Source of the DNA: Eledone cirrhosa
Taxonomy: Eukaryota
NCBI GenBank assembly: GCA_964016885.1
Contig: OZ024747.1
Coordinates: forward strand, 71,920,001 to 71,984,000
Direction of reading: 5' to 3'
DNA: 64,000 bases
Of this stretch, positions 28,001 to 39,225 are shown piece by piece (position 1 is the stretch's first letter; each line of letters opens with the position of its first letter). The position numbers were made by a program, and so were the translations under genes. The notes under the pieces are model-generated. The model worked only from the letters and a program-made list of their open reading frames with translations. It made no database searches and was not told the origin of the DNA.

Positions 28001-31000
28001 CTGACTGTTAAGTGTGTGCCATTGAATAGATGTAGCAGGTCCAGGTTTCTCAAAAGGATGATGGGAGTTCCAATCTTTAGCATCAATTTATGTGGAGGAA
28101 GTCCAAGAAATTTCAGACACAGGATAATTAACAGCTTCATCATCCTCTTCAACTTTGTCAATGGAGACATATGTATGAGACTCCTCTGGAAGCATATCCA
28201 GTAGGCATTGGTTGATCTGATTTACCATATTATTTTTAGGTGCTAAAATTGCTGCCAACCAACAAACATCCCTCTTTTATACAGATAATTATATGTGTGT
28301 GTGTGAGCGTGTGTATTGTGTGTTAACCAGCATTCAAATCCAATGGACATGCTGGCTGCAAAACACAAGTATCGCAGACAATGCATGCACAGAGAGAATC
28401 CCTTACAGTTGTCTCCCAACCTGCTGGAAATAGCAGTCTGGTTGATTAGCATACCCAGAATGTTTTTCTTATTCTTTGATGTTATAAAATGAATATCAAA
28501 TAACCTTTCTGGGTATACCCTTATTCCACTGACGTACTTACTTTTCTATTGTTAGTTTTCATTTCTGTGTGATGTGCGAAGACGCCAACCAGCATCTCTC
28601 TTTTATTTTATACATAAACACACACACACACTCTTCCTGCTATATCAACTGTTAACCTAATATATCCCTTCCATACACTGTACCAATTGTGTTGTTATTT
28701 CTGTTTACCTTTTACATACATATATTTATATACAAGGGTTGGCTGAAAAGTCCATAGGCTGACCAAGACACCCTTATGGAATGTGACCAAATGGGGTTTA
28801 TTTTTCAACATAGTCCTCCTTGTGGATCACACACTTCTTCCAACGGTGCAGCAGTACTTGGATTCCATTGGTGAAGAAGCTATCATCCTGTTGGTCATCA
28901 GTGATGTTATTATGTTTCCTCCAATGTGTGACGAAACAACTCTGAGAAACTATATTTATATCTATATTTTTAACAGTTAGTCAATCAATGATAAACATTG
29001 ATTGCCAGCTGAATTAATTATAGAAATATAAAATATACTGAAGCGAAAACCAACCCAAACCAAACTGAGTTTGTTTTACTATTTATTTCTGGTAATATTA
29101 TAACAACATGGCCCTCCCCAAATATAACAATATGAACTCAGATCGCTGAAGCTCACGGAGGAGATGACAAAGGACCATGACGAATGGAGAGATGCCGTGC
29201 TGAATAGGACCCGTCCCACTCTTGCAAGCAGGGAAAAGCGGACGTAAAATGATGATGATGATGATGATGATGAACTTCTTTGCTTTATATTCAAATATTG
29301 TGTCATCATCATTATCATATTACACCATTTTTTCCATGTTTACATGAGTTAGACAGGTTTTTTCTGGCCCAGCCTCCCTTTACCCAATGTATTCCATCAT
29401 CATCATCTCTGTGAGGTTCAGTGTTTTTTAAAAAGTTTTCACCGTTTCTGCCTGGACATACTGTTTGTTACACACTGTCTCTTTGAAAGTAGAGTGAAAC
29501 GATTTTAAAAAACATTATTTCATTACTGGACATAGTGGTACCTAACATTCCTTAGAAAATAGAGTGAAGTGGTTCCAGCTGATGGTATCTGAAATGGGCC
29601 CCTATCCAGGGTTATGGAACCCTGCCTCTTTTACCTAACATTCCTTTGAAAATAGACGAAGTGGTTTGAATCCTAGACTCAGCTGGTTCCAGCTGATGGT
29701 ATCTGAAATGGGGCCCCTATCCAGGGTTATGGAACCCTATCACTTGACTTCAAAACACTAGGTTAGTTTTGGCCTGTGTTGAGAAGGGAGGAGAGATGGA
29801 ACATGAGGCCAGTAACCTTATCTCCATAAATTAAAATGGCTACCGAAACAATAAACAATTCCAATTATTCATTTACCTCTTTTGTTCCTCCTTTTTTTTG
29901 CCTAACTTCAGACTTTGTGCTTTTTACCTCTCTTCTCATTACTCATACACGTCATTTATCATTTTCTCTCTCTTTATTGCTATCTATTTCTCTTTTATAT
30001 CTTCCCCTCTTTTTCACTCTCTTCCTTTTCCTCAGATGTTCTACTATTCTCATAATGAACACTCTCTCTATAGCTATGTATTTATCTTCTCTCATTCTCT
30101 TAATATTTTGGAACATTTTCTTTGGTTATCAGTTAGACAATTTGTCATATATCAACAGTTATTTCATTAAAAAGAAAACAAGACAATATTAATGACCAAT
30201 GATGTTGTTATTGTGGTGGTGGTGTGATGGTGGTGGTGATGTGATGGTGGTGATGGTGTGGTGGTGTGATGGTGGTGTAGTAGTGATGGTGCATTGAGTG
30301 TTCATGTATTTGTGTGGTGGTAGTATGTGGTTTGTTGCGTGTTGACGTGTAGGTGAAGTTCTGTCCAAACTGTACCATAAAATACAACATGCTTATACAG
30401 ATTTCTAATGTATATATTATCATATAATATATATACATAATTACTCTTTATTATCTATATTCTGCGGCGGTGATTTGGCAGTATCGGTAGAGCGTCGGAC
30501 ATGCTTTCCAGCATAGTTACGTCCCTTTACGATCTGAGTTCAAATCCAGTCGAGGTTAACTTTGCCTTTCATCCTTACGGGGTCGATAAAATAAAGTACC
30601 AGTAATGTAATGGGTAATTGCTGGCCTTGTGCCTAAAATAGAAACAATTATCTATATTCTGCTTACTTATTTACTTCATATTCTGTTTTATTTACTGGTT
30701 TATTTATTGGGGTTGATCTGAGGTCAAGAATTCCCTGAAGGTGTGGATATTCTAAATAGTTTTGGGATCCTTGATGCTTCATGGGATTATGATAGCAAGG
30801 TGATTGGAGCAGAAAGTGGTGTTGCAGTTATTTAGGAAGGTATGTAGGTCAGCTTTTTTTTTCACTTTGTTTTCATTGACAGCAAGAGCTGTATTTTGTA
30901 CCCAAAACATCTGTGAACTGTGTTTTCTTTTTTATTTTGTCTCATGATAAACCCATATTTTTAAGGATAAAACTTTTTCTCTTAAATTAGATAAAGACAT

Positions 31001-34000
31001 TTATATTTTTAACAAGTAAATATAAAAAAGAACATTTGCATGAAATACTAGCAAAAAGCCACAATAAATAATAACTTCTGGTTTTTTTTATGGGAAGAAT
31101 GTGCTCTCATTTGATGATTTTTTCTTAATGTCAAGATCCATTTTATTTATTTTATGACCCACTAATGAGTCGAGACTTACAGATAAAAAAACCTCTGAGT
31201 AGGTTATTTAGAATTTAAAAGGAATCTAGTTGTGTAGCTATTGTGTCACTTCTAGTTATCCATATTGTTTTTATGATAGCTAGGTGAGTGGAGCAGAAAG
31301 TGTTGTAGTTACATAGGAAAGGATGTAGATGTGATTGATGGTGTAGGTTATTTAACTTGTAAAAGGAGTCTAGTTGTGCAGCGGTTATATCACTTCTGGT
31401 GTTCCATATTGTTGTTAGACCAGATATATGCTGTGTACATTGATACTTCCTCTAATTATGATGTTCAAGAAAGTATCAAGGTGTTGTAAATGGGGTATAT
31501 ATAACCTAGTGAAATGGTTACTTCATTAATTAGTCCCACGTTGACCCTAATCAGGCATACTTATGATCAAAAGCACTCCATGTATGATAATCTCAGCTTT
31601 TTTTGTTGGATAAAGCAAGAGGGTATAATTCTAGGCAGATTTTGCTGCTATTTTCATCTAATATAGCAACATTCTTTCCTGAGACATTCTAACCATGTCT
31701 GCAATATCGGTGCTGTGATCTCACAATTTGGAGAAGTAGCAGCTCTACCTGGAGTGACTCTCTGATCTCTGAGCTATGCACTTTATCAAGTAACGTTACT
31801 CCAAACCCTTTGAAGGAACCCCATTTCAACTGCTTGTATTCATGATCACGTTCTTTTAGTTTATTACCCATGATCCATAACCATAAATAAGGGTTGGCAT
31901 GAATACCGAATTGAAGATAGCAAGTTTGGCTTTTACACCTACCTCCCTTCTTCTAATTACTGAATGATGAAGCTGGTACATTATTGCACTAACTCCTGCA
32001 ATTCTTGCACTTAATTCAGCCTTCTGCTTTCCATCACTCATAAATACAGTCCCAAGATACGTGAACTTCACCTGCTTCAGTGGAACTCCACTGCGCCAGC
32101 TTCCTTGAGCAGACAAGTATCTCAGTCTTTGCAGCACTGATTTTCATTCCAGTTGTGCAGCACTCGACATCAAACCTATCAAAGGCATGTTGGTGATCAC
32201 CTTCTGATGAGTTAAGTAATACCATGTAATCTGAAAATTCCAACCGACTAATCATACACTCACAGGAGAGGTGCCAGTAGGCACCCTTGGAAAAGTCTGA
32301 CTCCTACATTGAACGGTTTCAATTTAGCACCATTTACTGAACACAAATACTAGGGTATTCAAATAGAGATATCAAGGCAACAAGAAGCTGTCCAACAATC
32401 CCATACTCCTGCAAAACTTTCTCGAGGTCTATGAAGCAAACATACAGCTCTTGGCAGTACTCCCACGATTTCTCAACGACCTGGTACAGTGTGAATTTTT
32501 GGTCAGCTGTACTGTGTTCGGGGTGAAAACCACACTGTTCATCAGCTAGCTTTGTCAGACACTTAGCATAGATTTTACTGTAGAGGCTTAACAAGGCGAT
32601 CCCTCTATAATTGGAATAATATCTCTAGTCTCCCTTTTTGAAAATTGGGAGTATCGCCCCCAATTAACATTGCTTATGTACCTTTCCAGAGATCCCGGCC
32701 ACCTAGCACACACAAGTCAGCAACAGAATACCTTCTCTATTTAAGGCAGACTTGCCACAAAAATGGCAGGTCCAGGTCGACCTACAGGATAAAGGCTTCA
32801 TACTCATCATGGGGTCCTTTCTGAAGCAATGTTTAGACGCCCTTACTGTCACTAAATCTAGTCCATTCTTATGGCATGTAGGGATATGATGTACCTCTTC
32901 TAAACTAGATATTCACAGAAATTAAGTTCTATTAAAACTCCATTCACAACAAGAATGCCTTATTGAAATATAAGTTGTGGAATAAACCCATTTGAGGATT
33001 TCATGTTGTAGTGAAATCATAAATTAGCTAAGTTATTATTGTATGAAACTATGTCTATTTTCATACTGTATGCATTAATATATTAATATTCATTAATTCC
33101 GGACCAAATGACAAGGAACAGCGGGGGGGGGGGGGGGTCTGGTATAAAGGTGGGGACCACCAGCTCATTCTTTCTCTCAGTTGGCTGCAGACTTTTATAA
33201 CAGCAGCATTGGCTGTGGCCAATTTTGGCTAATGCTGGCCTCCACGTCAGTAACTATGATAGCCACTCATCGTGTTCTCTCTTATTCTCTCTAAATTCTT
33301 CACTCACATCATTAACCTATCTATATCTCTTCCATACACAATATCTACACAAACTATCTGTAATTTCCAATTTCGCTTCATAAATTTGTCATGATTCTCG
33401 TATTGTTAACCTTTTGATTTCTATGAATTATCTGAAGATTTGAACAAACTTTCAAATCTAATATTTGACGAAATAAATAACTCTATTTTAGACGAACATG
33501 CATTCGTTTTCTCAGTCAACTTTTATCAGCCTTATTATCAAAACACAGGTAATGGATATAGAATGAAACATCATGTATTTCCTCCCATTACATCGATTTC
33601 ATCATCATCATCATCAACATCCCCGCTAAAAATTAAAAGTGAAATTTCCAGACGGAATCTCGAAACACGAAACGTAAACACAAACAACGTAACGAAATTA
33701 GTTTCTGTATATATGCTGCTACAAATAAAAATAAAAAGTGAAAAGCAGACAATATGTTATTATTGTTATGTTGAAAATGAAAGTGAAATGACTATATCTA
33801 TAATAATAATAATGAAATGATTGTGTATAATGCTCAGGTATGACAACAGAACGTAAATTTGGTTTCATATACAGGTTGCCAACACACACAAAGCCTGCAT
33901 AAGTTTATTTCAATAGAATGCATACATCTAAACACAACTTATATATCAAAATGAAACAAAAGATTGAGCGAAGACACGTGCACACAATCACACGCCAGGA

Positions 34001-35598
34001 GGAGCACTGGAGTTCTGCATCGTGCATTATATAATTCATGTTAAAATCATTTAAGTCACAAATTAAGATGTATTCTGTGTGAGTGAATTTTGTAATTTAC
34101 GCTGTTAAAATTATTTATTAATTAGAAGATTTAAATGAGTTTTGTATTGTATATTTTGTAATTTACATTGTTAAAATTGTTTATAACACAAAAAGTGTGG
34201 ATCCAGAACAGAATTAAAGTACCATCATAGTCGTAATACCGTCTTCAATTCACTTTCATTTTCAACATACCAAGAACGAAAAATAGCCGAAAATTGTACT
34301 TGAAATAGAAAAATCGACATTGTTAAATGAAATAGTATATATATAGTAATTATAAAAATTGTAATTAAAATAGAATATAAACTTTTAAATGTAATGGAAA
34401 TTACGTTCACATTTTGTTTTTTCCTTTTCGCTGGCAGCATATGTACACAAACACAAAGTTAATATATTGTGGCAGCATATATACACAAAATAAGTACGTT
34501 TTTCTTTTTTTTTTTTATAAATATACAAAAAACATTTCGATTTTCCGTGGGAAAATTTCATTTTAGCTTTAATGAAACCCTCAAATGGTATTATGATTAA
34601 AACTGATGTCGTGAAAAGAAAAAAATGAAAATATATCGTAAAAACAACCAGATTCATTTCGCATGCTCCGCTCACACACACGAACCGACGAGGAACGTAA
34701 CGGTAACTCACTGTGTATATACGCAATGAATTCAATGCATAGGCAAATATTTTCAGTTTCTTCAATGACAGCCCCTAAATTGGATAAATTTGTTGTGAAG
34801 GAGCAAGGCTGGATTAACCACTAAGCAAAATAGGTACATGCTTAGAGTATCAAGGGAAGAGAGGCATTATTTTATTCAAATTAAATGTATTTGAAACTCT
34901 CCCAAAATAAGTTTTTGCAAAACCTCTTAAATGCTTAAGGGCCCCAAAAGAATTTAATCCAGCCCTCTACATGAGTAACTCGAGGACTTGGGGAAATAGG
35001 CCATAATTAATTGTATTTATTATATGTTTATATTTTCATTATAAAAGAATTGTAAACAAAAGAATAAAATAAAAAAGCAAACATACACGATTCCTCACAA
35101 GTATAACAGGTGACTGGCACATTTTTGCGGGGTTGGGGAATGTTTAGTAGGGGAAGAAATGGCAAGGCAGGACCCATGACCCTTTTCGAGGCCTCCGCTT
35201 TTGATGGTGAGGAGGAGAGGGCAAATATATATGATTCCTCACAAGTGTAACAGGTGACTGCCATACGTTTTTGATGTGGAGGTAGAGTGTTGAGTCGAGG
35301 AAGAGATAGCAGAGCAGGACCCATGACCCTTTCAGGGATCCGACATTGATGGGAGAGAGGGAGAATGGTATCCTCAAACTGGAGACCTGGTACAAATGCT
35401 TGTAACTAAGTAAACCCTACTAAAAGCACCCAACGGATTAAGTTAAAGAATAAACAAAACAAAAAAGGAACCTTCATAAACACAAACAGTTTTGTTGGTT
35501 AAATCATTATTGAACTTATTTAAGAAACTTACCCCTTTACCAAGCCGTTTTTTAATATCATATTTCTTTGTAATGTGTGCTTCTAGTTCCGATGTCAT
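6337..35598 (-). CDS. MAPK15: Mitogen-activated protein kinase 15 (ERK7/ERK8), whole spliced gene span; 13 coding exons, 1674 nt, 557 aa
   Basis: Exons joined manually with GT..AG introns and matching phases. Kinase motifs [38 protein letters not shown] and DMWSLGC. C-terminal GSYSQAYGT motif typical of MAPK15. Confidence 0.95.
7501..7907 (-). mobile_element. Two adjacent tRNA-derived SINE copies (family A)
   Basis: Reverse complement of the head TGGCAGTATCGGTAGAG...GAGTTCAAATCC and of the core CTTTCATCCTTACGGGGTCGATAAAATAAAGTACCAG. Confidence 0.85.
8012..8164 (-). CDS. MAPK15: MAPK15 coding exon 12 ([25 protein letters not shown]...CITSSPL)
   Basis: ttttag| acceptor, open frame, CTG|GTTTGT donor (weaker, position less certain); 153 nt. 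Confidence 0.7.
8850..8959 (-). CDS. MAPK15: MAPK15 coding exon 11 ([37 protein letters not shown])
   Basis: Polypyrimidine tract plus ctacag| acceptor, AAG|GTAAGT donor; 110 nt; phases fit neighbouring exons. Confidence 0.8.
9049..9340 (+). mobile_element. Composite SINE (family B head fused to a family A body) flanked by a 14-bp TSD
   Basis: atatactatcaaca at 9035-9048 and 9341-9354; two successive A-box/B-box heads. Confidence 0.75.
9672..9873 (-). CDS. MAPK15: MAPK15 coding exon 10 ([20 protein letters not shown]...SKSRVPEK)
   Basis: ttttag|ATG acceptor, G|GTAAGT donor; 202 nt; ORF 9631..9873. Confidence 0.85.
10152..10257 (-). CDS. MAPK15: MAPK15 coding exon 9 ([35 protein letters not shown])
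   Basis: tactag| acceptor, GAG|GTAATA donor; 106 nt; MAPK15-type post-kinase [13 protein letters not shown] segment. Confidence 0.92.
10397..10880 (+). mobile_element. 5'-truncated RTE LINE 3' end with (GAT)n tail
   Basis: Matches the reverse complement of 61856-62450; ends gacgttaaacgatgatgatg. Confidence 0.85.
11095..11500 (+). mobile_element. tRNA-derived SINE (family C) with a 41-bp duplicated head and RTE-type (GAT)n tail
   Basis: ggaggcacatggcttagtggttagagcattggccttgcaat twice; B-box gagttcaattc; ggaagggcatccagc motif; gcggacgtaaaatga(tga)n tail. Confidence 0.8.
12805..12939 (-). CDS. MAPK15: MAPK15 coding exon 8 ([44 protein letters not shown])
   Basis: tttcag| acceptor, CG|GTAAAA donor; 135 nt; kinase subdomain XI. 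Confidence 0.93.
14844..14901 (-). CDS. MAPK15: MAPK15 coding exon 7 ([19 protein letters not shown])
   Basis: tttcag| acceptor; AG|GTTAG donor gives the phase needed for exon 8; 58 nt. Confidence 0.85.
15160..15299 (-). CDS. MAPK15: MAPK15 coding exon 6 ([46 protein letters not shown])
   Basis: ttccag| acceptor, G|GTAAAT donor; 140 nt. Confidence 0.95.
15524..16114. repeat. Diverged minisatellite (~48-bp unit, about 13 copies) grown from a retroelement 3' UTR motif
   Basis: Repeated ccactttacagtgtggactgggtgc(t)ngtc(a/g)tg(g/t)cacc, directly following ctggatgcccttcctaa. Confidence 0.8.
17128..17294 (-). CDS. MAPK15: MAPK15 coding exon 5 ([21 protein letters not shown]...[21 protein letters not shown])
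   Basis: tttcag| acceptor, AA|GTAAG donor; 167 nt; DFG, TEY and APE motifs. Confidence 0.96.
18421..20290 (+). mobile_element. 5'-truncated CR1/L2-type LINE with an uninterrupted RT ORF (18481..20001), antisense in MAPK15 intron 4
   Basis: 506-aa ORF with [63 protein letters not shown]; (ATT)n-type tail. Confidence 0.95.
20360..21870 (-). mobile_element. 5'-truncated RTE LINE (RT C-terminal half with an inserted Cys-rich finger) with (GAT)n tail
   Basis: [42 protein letters not shown]; frameshifts present. Confidence 0.9.
22816..22946 (-). CDS. MAPK15: MAPK15 coding exon 4 ([44 protein letters not shown])
   Basis: ttttag| acceptor, AAG|GTATT donor; 131 nt; overlaps ORF 22747..22968. Confidence 0.95.
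23150..23950 (-). mobile_element. Highly degenerate LINE (CR1/L2-like) remnant
   Basis: Residual AFKTYC..IL.. motif resembling RT C-terminal region; many stops; boundaries approximate. Confidence 0.35.
24028..24148 (-). CDS. MAPK15: MAPK15 coding exon 3 ([40 protein letters not shown])
   Basis: ttttag| acceptor, G|GTGAGA donor; 121 nt. Confidence 0.95.
24647..24745 (-). CDS. MAPK15: MAPK15 coding exon 2 ([33 protein letters not shown])
   Basis: ttcag| acceptor, CAG|GTAAAA donor; 99 nt; contains the catalytic Lys. Confidence 0.95.
27075..27580 (-). mobile_element. RTE LINE 3' end fragment
   Basis: (CAT)n-cgtttaacgtcc tail, ctggatgcccttcctaacacc UTR and cagtgacattgtctt..gagaggtgtaag homology to 62400-62430. 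Confidence 0.8.
27740..28220 (-). mobile_element. Helitron PIF1-like helicase C-terminal remnant
   Basis: [34 protein letters not shown] and FTHG*LYVGCS motifs across frameshifts. Confidence 0.85.
28731..28880 (-). mobile_element. Mariner 3' end fragment
   Basis: ta-caagggttggctgaaaagt TIR-like end; minus strand reads ...[16 protein letters not shown]. Confidence 0.7.
29540..29738. repeat. Local tandem duplication (two copies)
   Basis: cctaacattcc..gaaaataga..gaagtggtt..ccagctgatggtatctgaaatggg(g)cccctatccagggttatggaaccct occurs twice. Confidence 0.8.
30466..30646 (+). mobile_element. Full-length family A SINE with a 16-bp TSD
   Basis: attatctatattctgc at 30450-30465 and 30647-30662; A box and B box present. 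Confidence 0.92.
31690..32745 (-). mobile_element. Degenerate RTE-type LINE RT remnant
   Basis: [28 protein letters not shown] and PTLIYG motifs with stops; a partial copy lies at ~25265-25370. Confidence 0.85.
34807..34964. mobile_element. MITE with GGCTGGATTAA terminal inverted repeats (hAT-like)
   Basis: ggctggattaa (34807-34817) and ttaatccagcc (34954-34964). Confidence 0.65.
35089..35332. repeat. Direct duplication (~144-147 bp period) in the intron after MAPK15 coding exon 1
   Basis: gattcctcacaagt.taacaggtgactg...gcaggacccatgacccttt twice. Confidence 0.85.
35533..35598 (-). CDS. MAPK15: MAPK15 coding exon 1 ([22 protein letters not shown])
   Basis: ATG at 35598; donor GGG|GTAAGT; 66 nt, phase 0. 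Confidence 0.92.
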
Positions 35599-35821
35599 CT
35601 TTAAAATCCTAGGGCAACTACCTGAGACACTTAAAATCAATGCGCATACAAATGTAGTGCACTGTAATAGTTAATTTCTAACACTAATATTCGACAAGCA
35701 TAAAATAAAGCTAGAATGAAAACGTTTACTTCAATGTTTATACTTTTATTAATTATCCATAGGATTACGTTTTAAAATAAATGTCAAAATGGTTTGCGAA
35801 TGAATTCTAACAGAGTTACTA

Positions 35822-36036
35822 GTTTACCTAGCAACGAATTCAGTCTGTTGTTTATTTGTTTGTTTTAACGTCTCACCTGGTCATTTTTGCACACGCACAC
35901 AAACACACCCACACACACGCATGAATATATATCGTTTGGAATCCTGTATGAAAGTTTTATCTCTTAGTTTTGCTAATTTACACTTTGTTTCAAATTTATG
36001 CTTGATAAATAATTAAAATTCGATCTGCATAGCAAC
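35822..36036. promoter_or_regulatory. MAPK15 promoter/5' region with two RFX X-box-like motifs and a forkhead-like tract
   Basis: GTTTACCTAGCAAC (35822-35835), ATCTGCATAGCAAC (36023-36036) and TGTTTATTTGTTTGTTT (~35849), all upstream of the MAPK15 ATG. Confidence 0.5.
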
Positions 36037-37284
36037 TCGCCGGTGTTCATTAAGTGAAATCTCTATTTATTTTATGGTCAGAAAGAAGAGCATTTAACGC
36101 GGACGTCGTTTGACAATCTGTTGATGCTTTGGGTTGGCGTTTTTGTTTTGTTTGTTTTTTGTGGGAGGTGGGGATTAGATAAGTAGGATAAGAACCGAAG
36201 GTGGATGATTTTGCATTACGCTGTCAATCAGTCAACAACGATCAAGAGTGGGAGCTAATGAAGACAAAACTGATCAAGACAATCACATCGGAGGATTCTG
36301 GAAGAAATCGATTGTGAAGAAAGCCCTCGTAACGGAAAGGTTTGAGGCTCCTATAACTTTACTGCTGAGATTTGCCTGGCGTAAGTTTTAGCCATGAGTA
36401 ACCTCATGTTCTTTTATTCAACATCAAACCGGTGAAAGAAAATAAATAATTTCTCGTATTTCAATCTCCTCTAATTTAACCTTCGTCTGTTCGAAGGAAG
36501 TACAAATATTTTCTCTTATTTTAGAAGAAATTCTCATTTCAACATTTCTTAATCTTATATTTTCCCCCATTCTCTATAATTTTTCTCCCAACAGTTGAAA
36601 AATATTTAATAACTTAACACATAAAAATAAATAAATAAAATATTCTAATACTTTTACTCATAAAAATCATTAATTGAAAAATGTACATTATTATGCAACC
36701 GAGTTTCAATCAGCTAAGTTTGAGTTCCGTTTTCTTTTGTTTGGTTTTTTTTATGAAATAATTGTTTCTACTTTAGGCACAAGGCCAGCAATTTGAAGGG
36801 GGAGGGTAAAGTCTATTAAATCGACCTAAGTGCATTATTGGTGCTTTATTTTATCGACTCCGTAAGGATAAAAGGCAAAGCTAACCGTGGCAGGATTTGA
36901 ACTCAGAACGTAAAGGGCTATAACTCAATGCTGCAAAGGAAGGTGTCCGGCGCTCTATCTACACTGCCAATATTTTGAAAAAACATTCAAAATTAAACAA
37001 ACTGATACTCGACCACATAAAATGTCATTAACCAATGTGGAAAGCGAATGTGTTTGATATCGTGAGGAAAGTGATTTTCCGTGATCACAATGTCATGGTT
37101 ATAGATGAAGAGCGAAAACGCCCGTCACATTGATATATTATTTATTAATTAGCGTTTCACAACGGAAACACTTAAATTAACATTTGTTACAGTCAAAAGA
37201 CAGGAACAACAAGCAATGAGAAACTGTGTACGCGTAGAAAGTGCGTGAGATATGTTTGGGTATGAAGAAATAGTGTGTGCTGCG

Positions 37285-38290
37285 ATAAAGTACGCAGACG
37301 ACATCAAGCTGTACCTTGAGATAAAAAGGACAGATCCTGAACACTATAGATCTTGCTTGCAGTCTGACCTGGACACAATGCAACAATGGATCTCAGACTG
37401 GCAACTCAAGCTAGCTGTGGACAAGTGCACCACCATGCATTTTGGGAGTAAAAACCCAGCGTCCACATACTCCCTCCACAGCACTAATATCAAGAAGTCT
37501 TCCTGTGAACGTGACCTGGGCATTACGGTCAGCAGCGATTTGCGTTGGACGAGGCACGTCTCTAAAATTGTCAAGAGGGCCGAGGGTGTCTTAGCATCAC
37601 TCAGCAAGACCTTTGTCAGCCGCTCTCCAGATATCTATTTAAGGCTGTATACAGCTATGGTGCGAGCACACTTAGAATTTGCATCACCAGTCTGGAACCC
37701 TTATCTTGCTCGGGACATTGACCGCCTGGAAACTGTTCAGAGACGTGCAACCAAGCGAGTACCCTCCATCAGGCATCTACCATACTCTGAGCGCCTTGCT
37801 TCCCTGAGCATGGATTCATTGAAGCTCCGACGCCTGGCAACTGACTTGGTAAACACCCACAAAATTGTTAACCATGTTGCCAACAACAACCCTGAGTACC
37901 TTTTTGATTTCCATGTGTCTAACACACGTGGACATGCCCACTAAGTAAGAAAACAGCTCAGCTCCCATGACTTTCGGAAACAGTTTTTCACGCTCAGAGT
38001 TGCTGAAGCATGGAACAAACTACCTGCATCAGTTGTTAGCTGTCGAGACACTGCAACCTTTAAGGCCTCCATGGAACAAACTACCTGCATCAGTTGTTAG
38101 CTGTCGAGACACTGCATCCTTTAAGGCCTCCATGCTTCCCGAGATCTGCCAACACTACAGCTAACACATACACACATGTACTTCCGTGACATTTATGTAT
38201 TATTCTATGTACTATACATACACCTTTGACGAGTTGTAGTGCACCTGAGCACTTTACACAATAATTTCATTATTATTATTATTATTATTA
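37285..38290 (+). mobile_element. 5'-truncated CR1/L2-type LINE (second subfamily) with a premature stop and a 61-bp internal duplication
   Basis: Homologous to 19185-20290; begins at KYADD; duplication at 38009-38134; (ATT)n tail. Confidence 0.92.
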
Positions 38291-38882
38291 TAAGGTAACA
38301 TGGCTGGCTTTTATTTCTTGTGGACCTGCCCAAGAGATTTTTTTGCCGAGGACTACATCTTGCTAGTGGTTTGATAGGTAGACAAAAAAATGTGCGTCTC
38401 CAGCCGGAGACCAGCGCAAAGCTCTGCCGTGTTTACCGTAGGAAGATTTCTGTTCGACTGCCCTGAGAACCTATCTTGTCTTTGCTAGAAGTCATTTCAT
38501 GATATAACCTATTGGTTGAATGCTTAAAATGTTTGCTTTCCACCCATGTTGTTCAAGTTGATTGCTGCAATGTTGTTGGAAATTGTCCTTAAGCCTTTCA
38601 TGTATGAACGTGTGTGAATTGCCGATGTATGTATCGATGAAACATGTAAACCTACAAACCGATACTTGAAAGTCCCTTATGATCTTTATTGTCAAAATTG
38701 CACAAGTCAAGTAATCGTTTGTCATTCTCTTCATCATAACAAGGAGCTGGCCTGCACTGTTCACAAAATACGATATTAAAGATATGCCAGTTTGAAAACA
38801 GGGAAGTAACTCTACTAATACTTATAAAGCTTGGAAAATGAATACCTTGAACAAATTGGCATTTGACTGAAAATAATATATA

Positions 38883-39064
38883 TAATTGTTTCTACTTTTA
38901 GCACAAGGCCAGCAATTATCCCAATGCATTACTGGTACTTTATTTTATCGACCCCGTAAGGATGAAAGGCAAAGTTAACCTCGGCGGGATTTGAACTCAG
39001 ATCATAAAGGGACGTAACTCTATGTTGGAAAGCGTCCGACCCTCTATCGATACTGCCAATCCAC
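38883..39064 (-). mobile_element. Family A SINE copy
   Basis: Near-identical reverse complement of 46714-46897; similar copies at ~451-570, 13580-13806, 25570-25690, 36759-36971, 41150-41260, 55698-55790 and 60635-60810. Confidence 0.88.
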
Positions 39065-39225
39065 ATAATAAAGTCTGAAACTAGCTGTTGAAGCGGCAAG
39101 AGTTCAGCCGTCGGGTCCCGACTCTTTATAAGTTAGCCATACTCTACTACCCTAAGTATTGAGTTCTCTGTTGAGTAATGGGCTAACTAATTTTAAACTG
39201 GTTCATATAGATATAGATATATATA

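Noticed and set aside
30466-30550. tRNA gene
   Set aside because: A and B boxes are present but there is no full cloverleaf; it continues into the SINE core with a TSD and has many copies
33440-34765. 126-aa ORFs in the long MAPK15 intron
   Set aside because: Low-complexity AT-rich translations with no motifs or convincing splice context
37252-37944. 230-aa ORF as a host gene
   Set aside because: It is a truncated LINE RT fragment with a chance upstream start from flanking DNA
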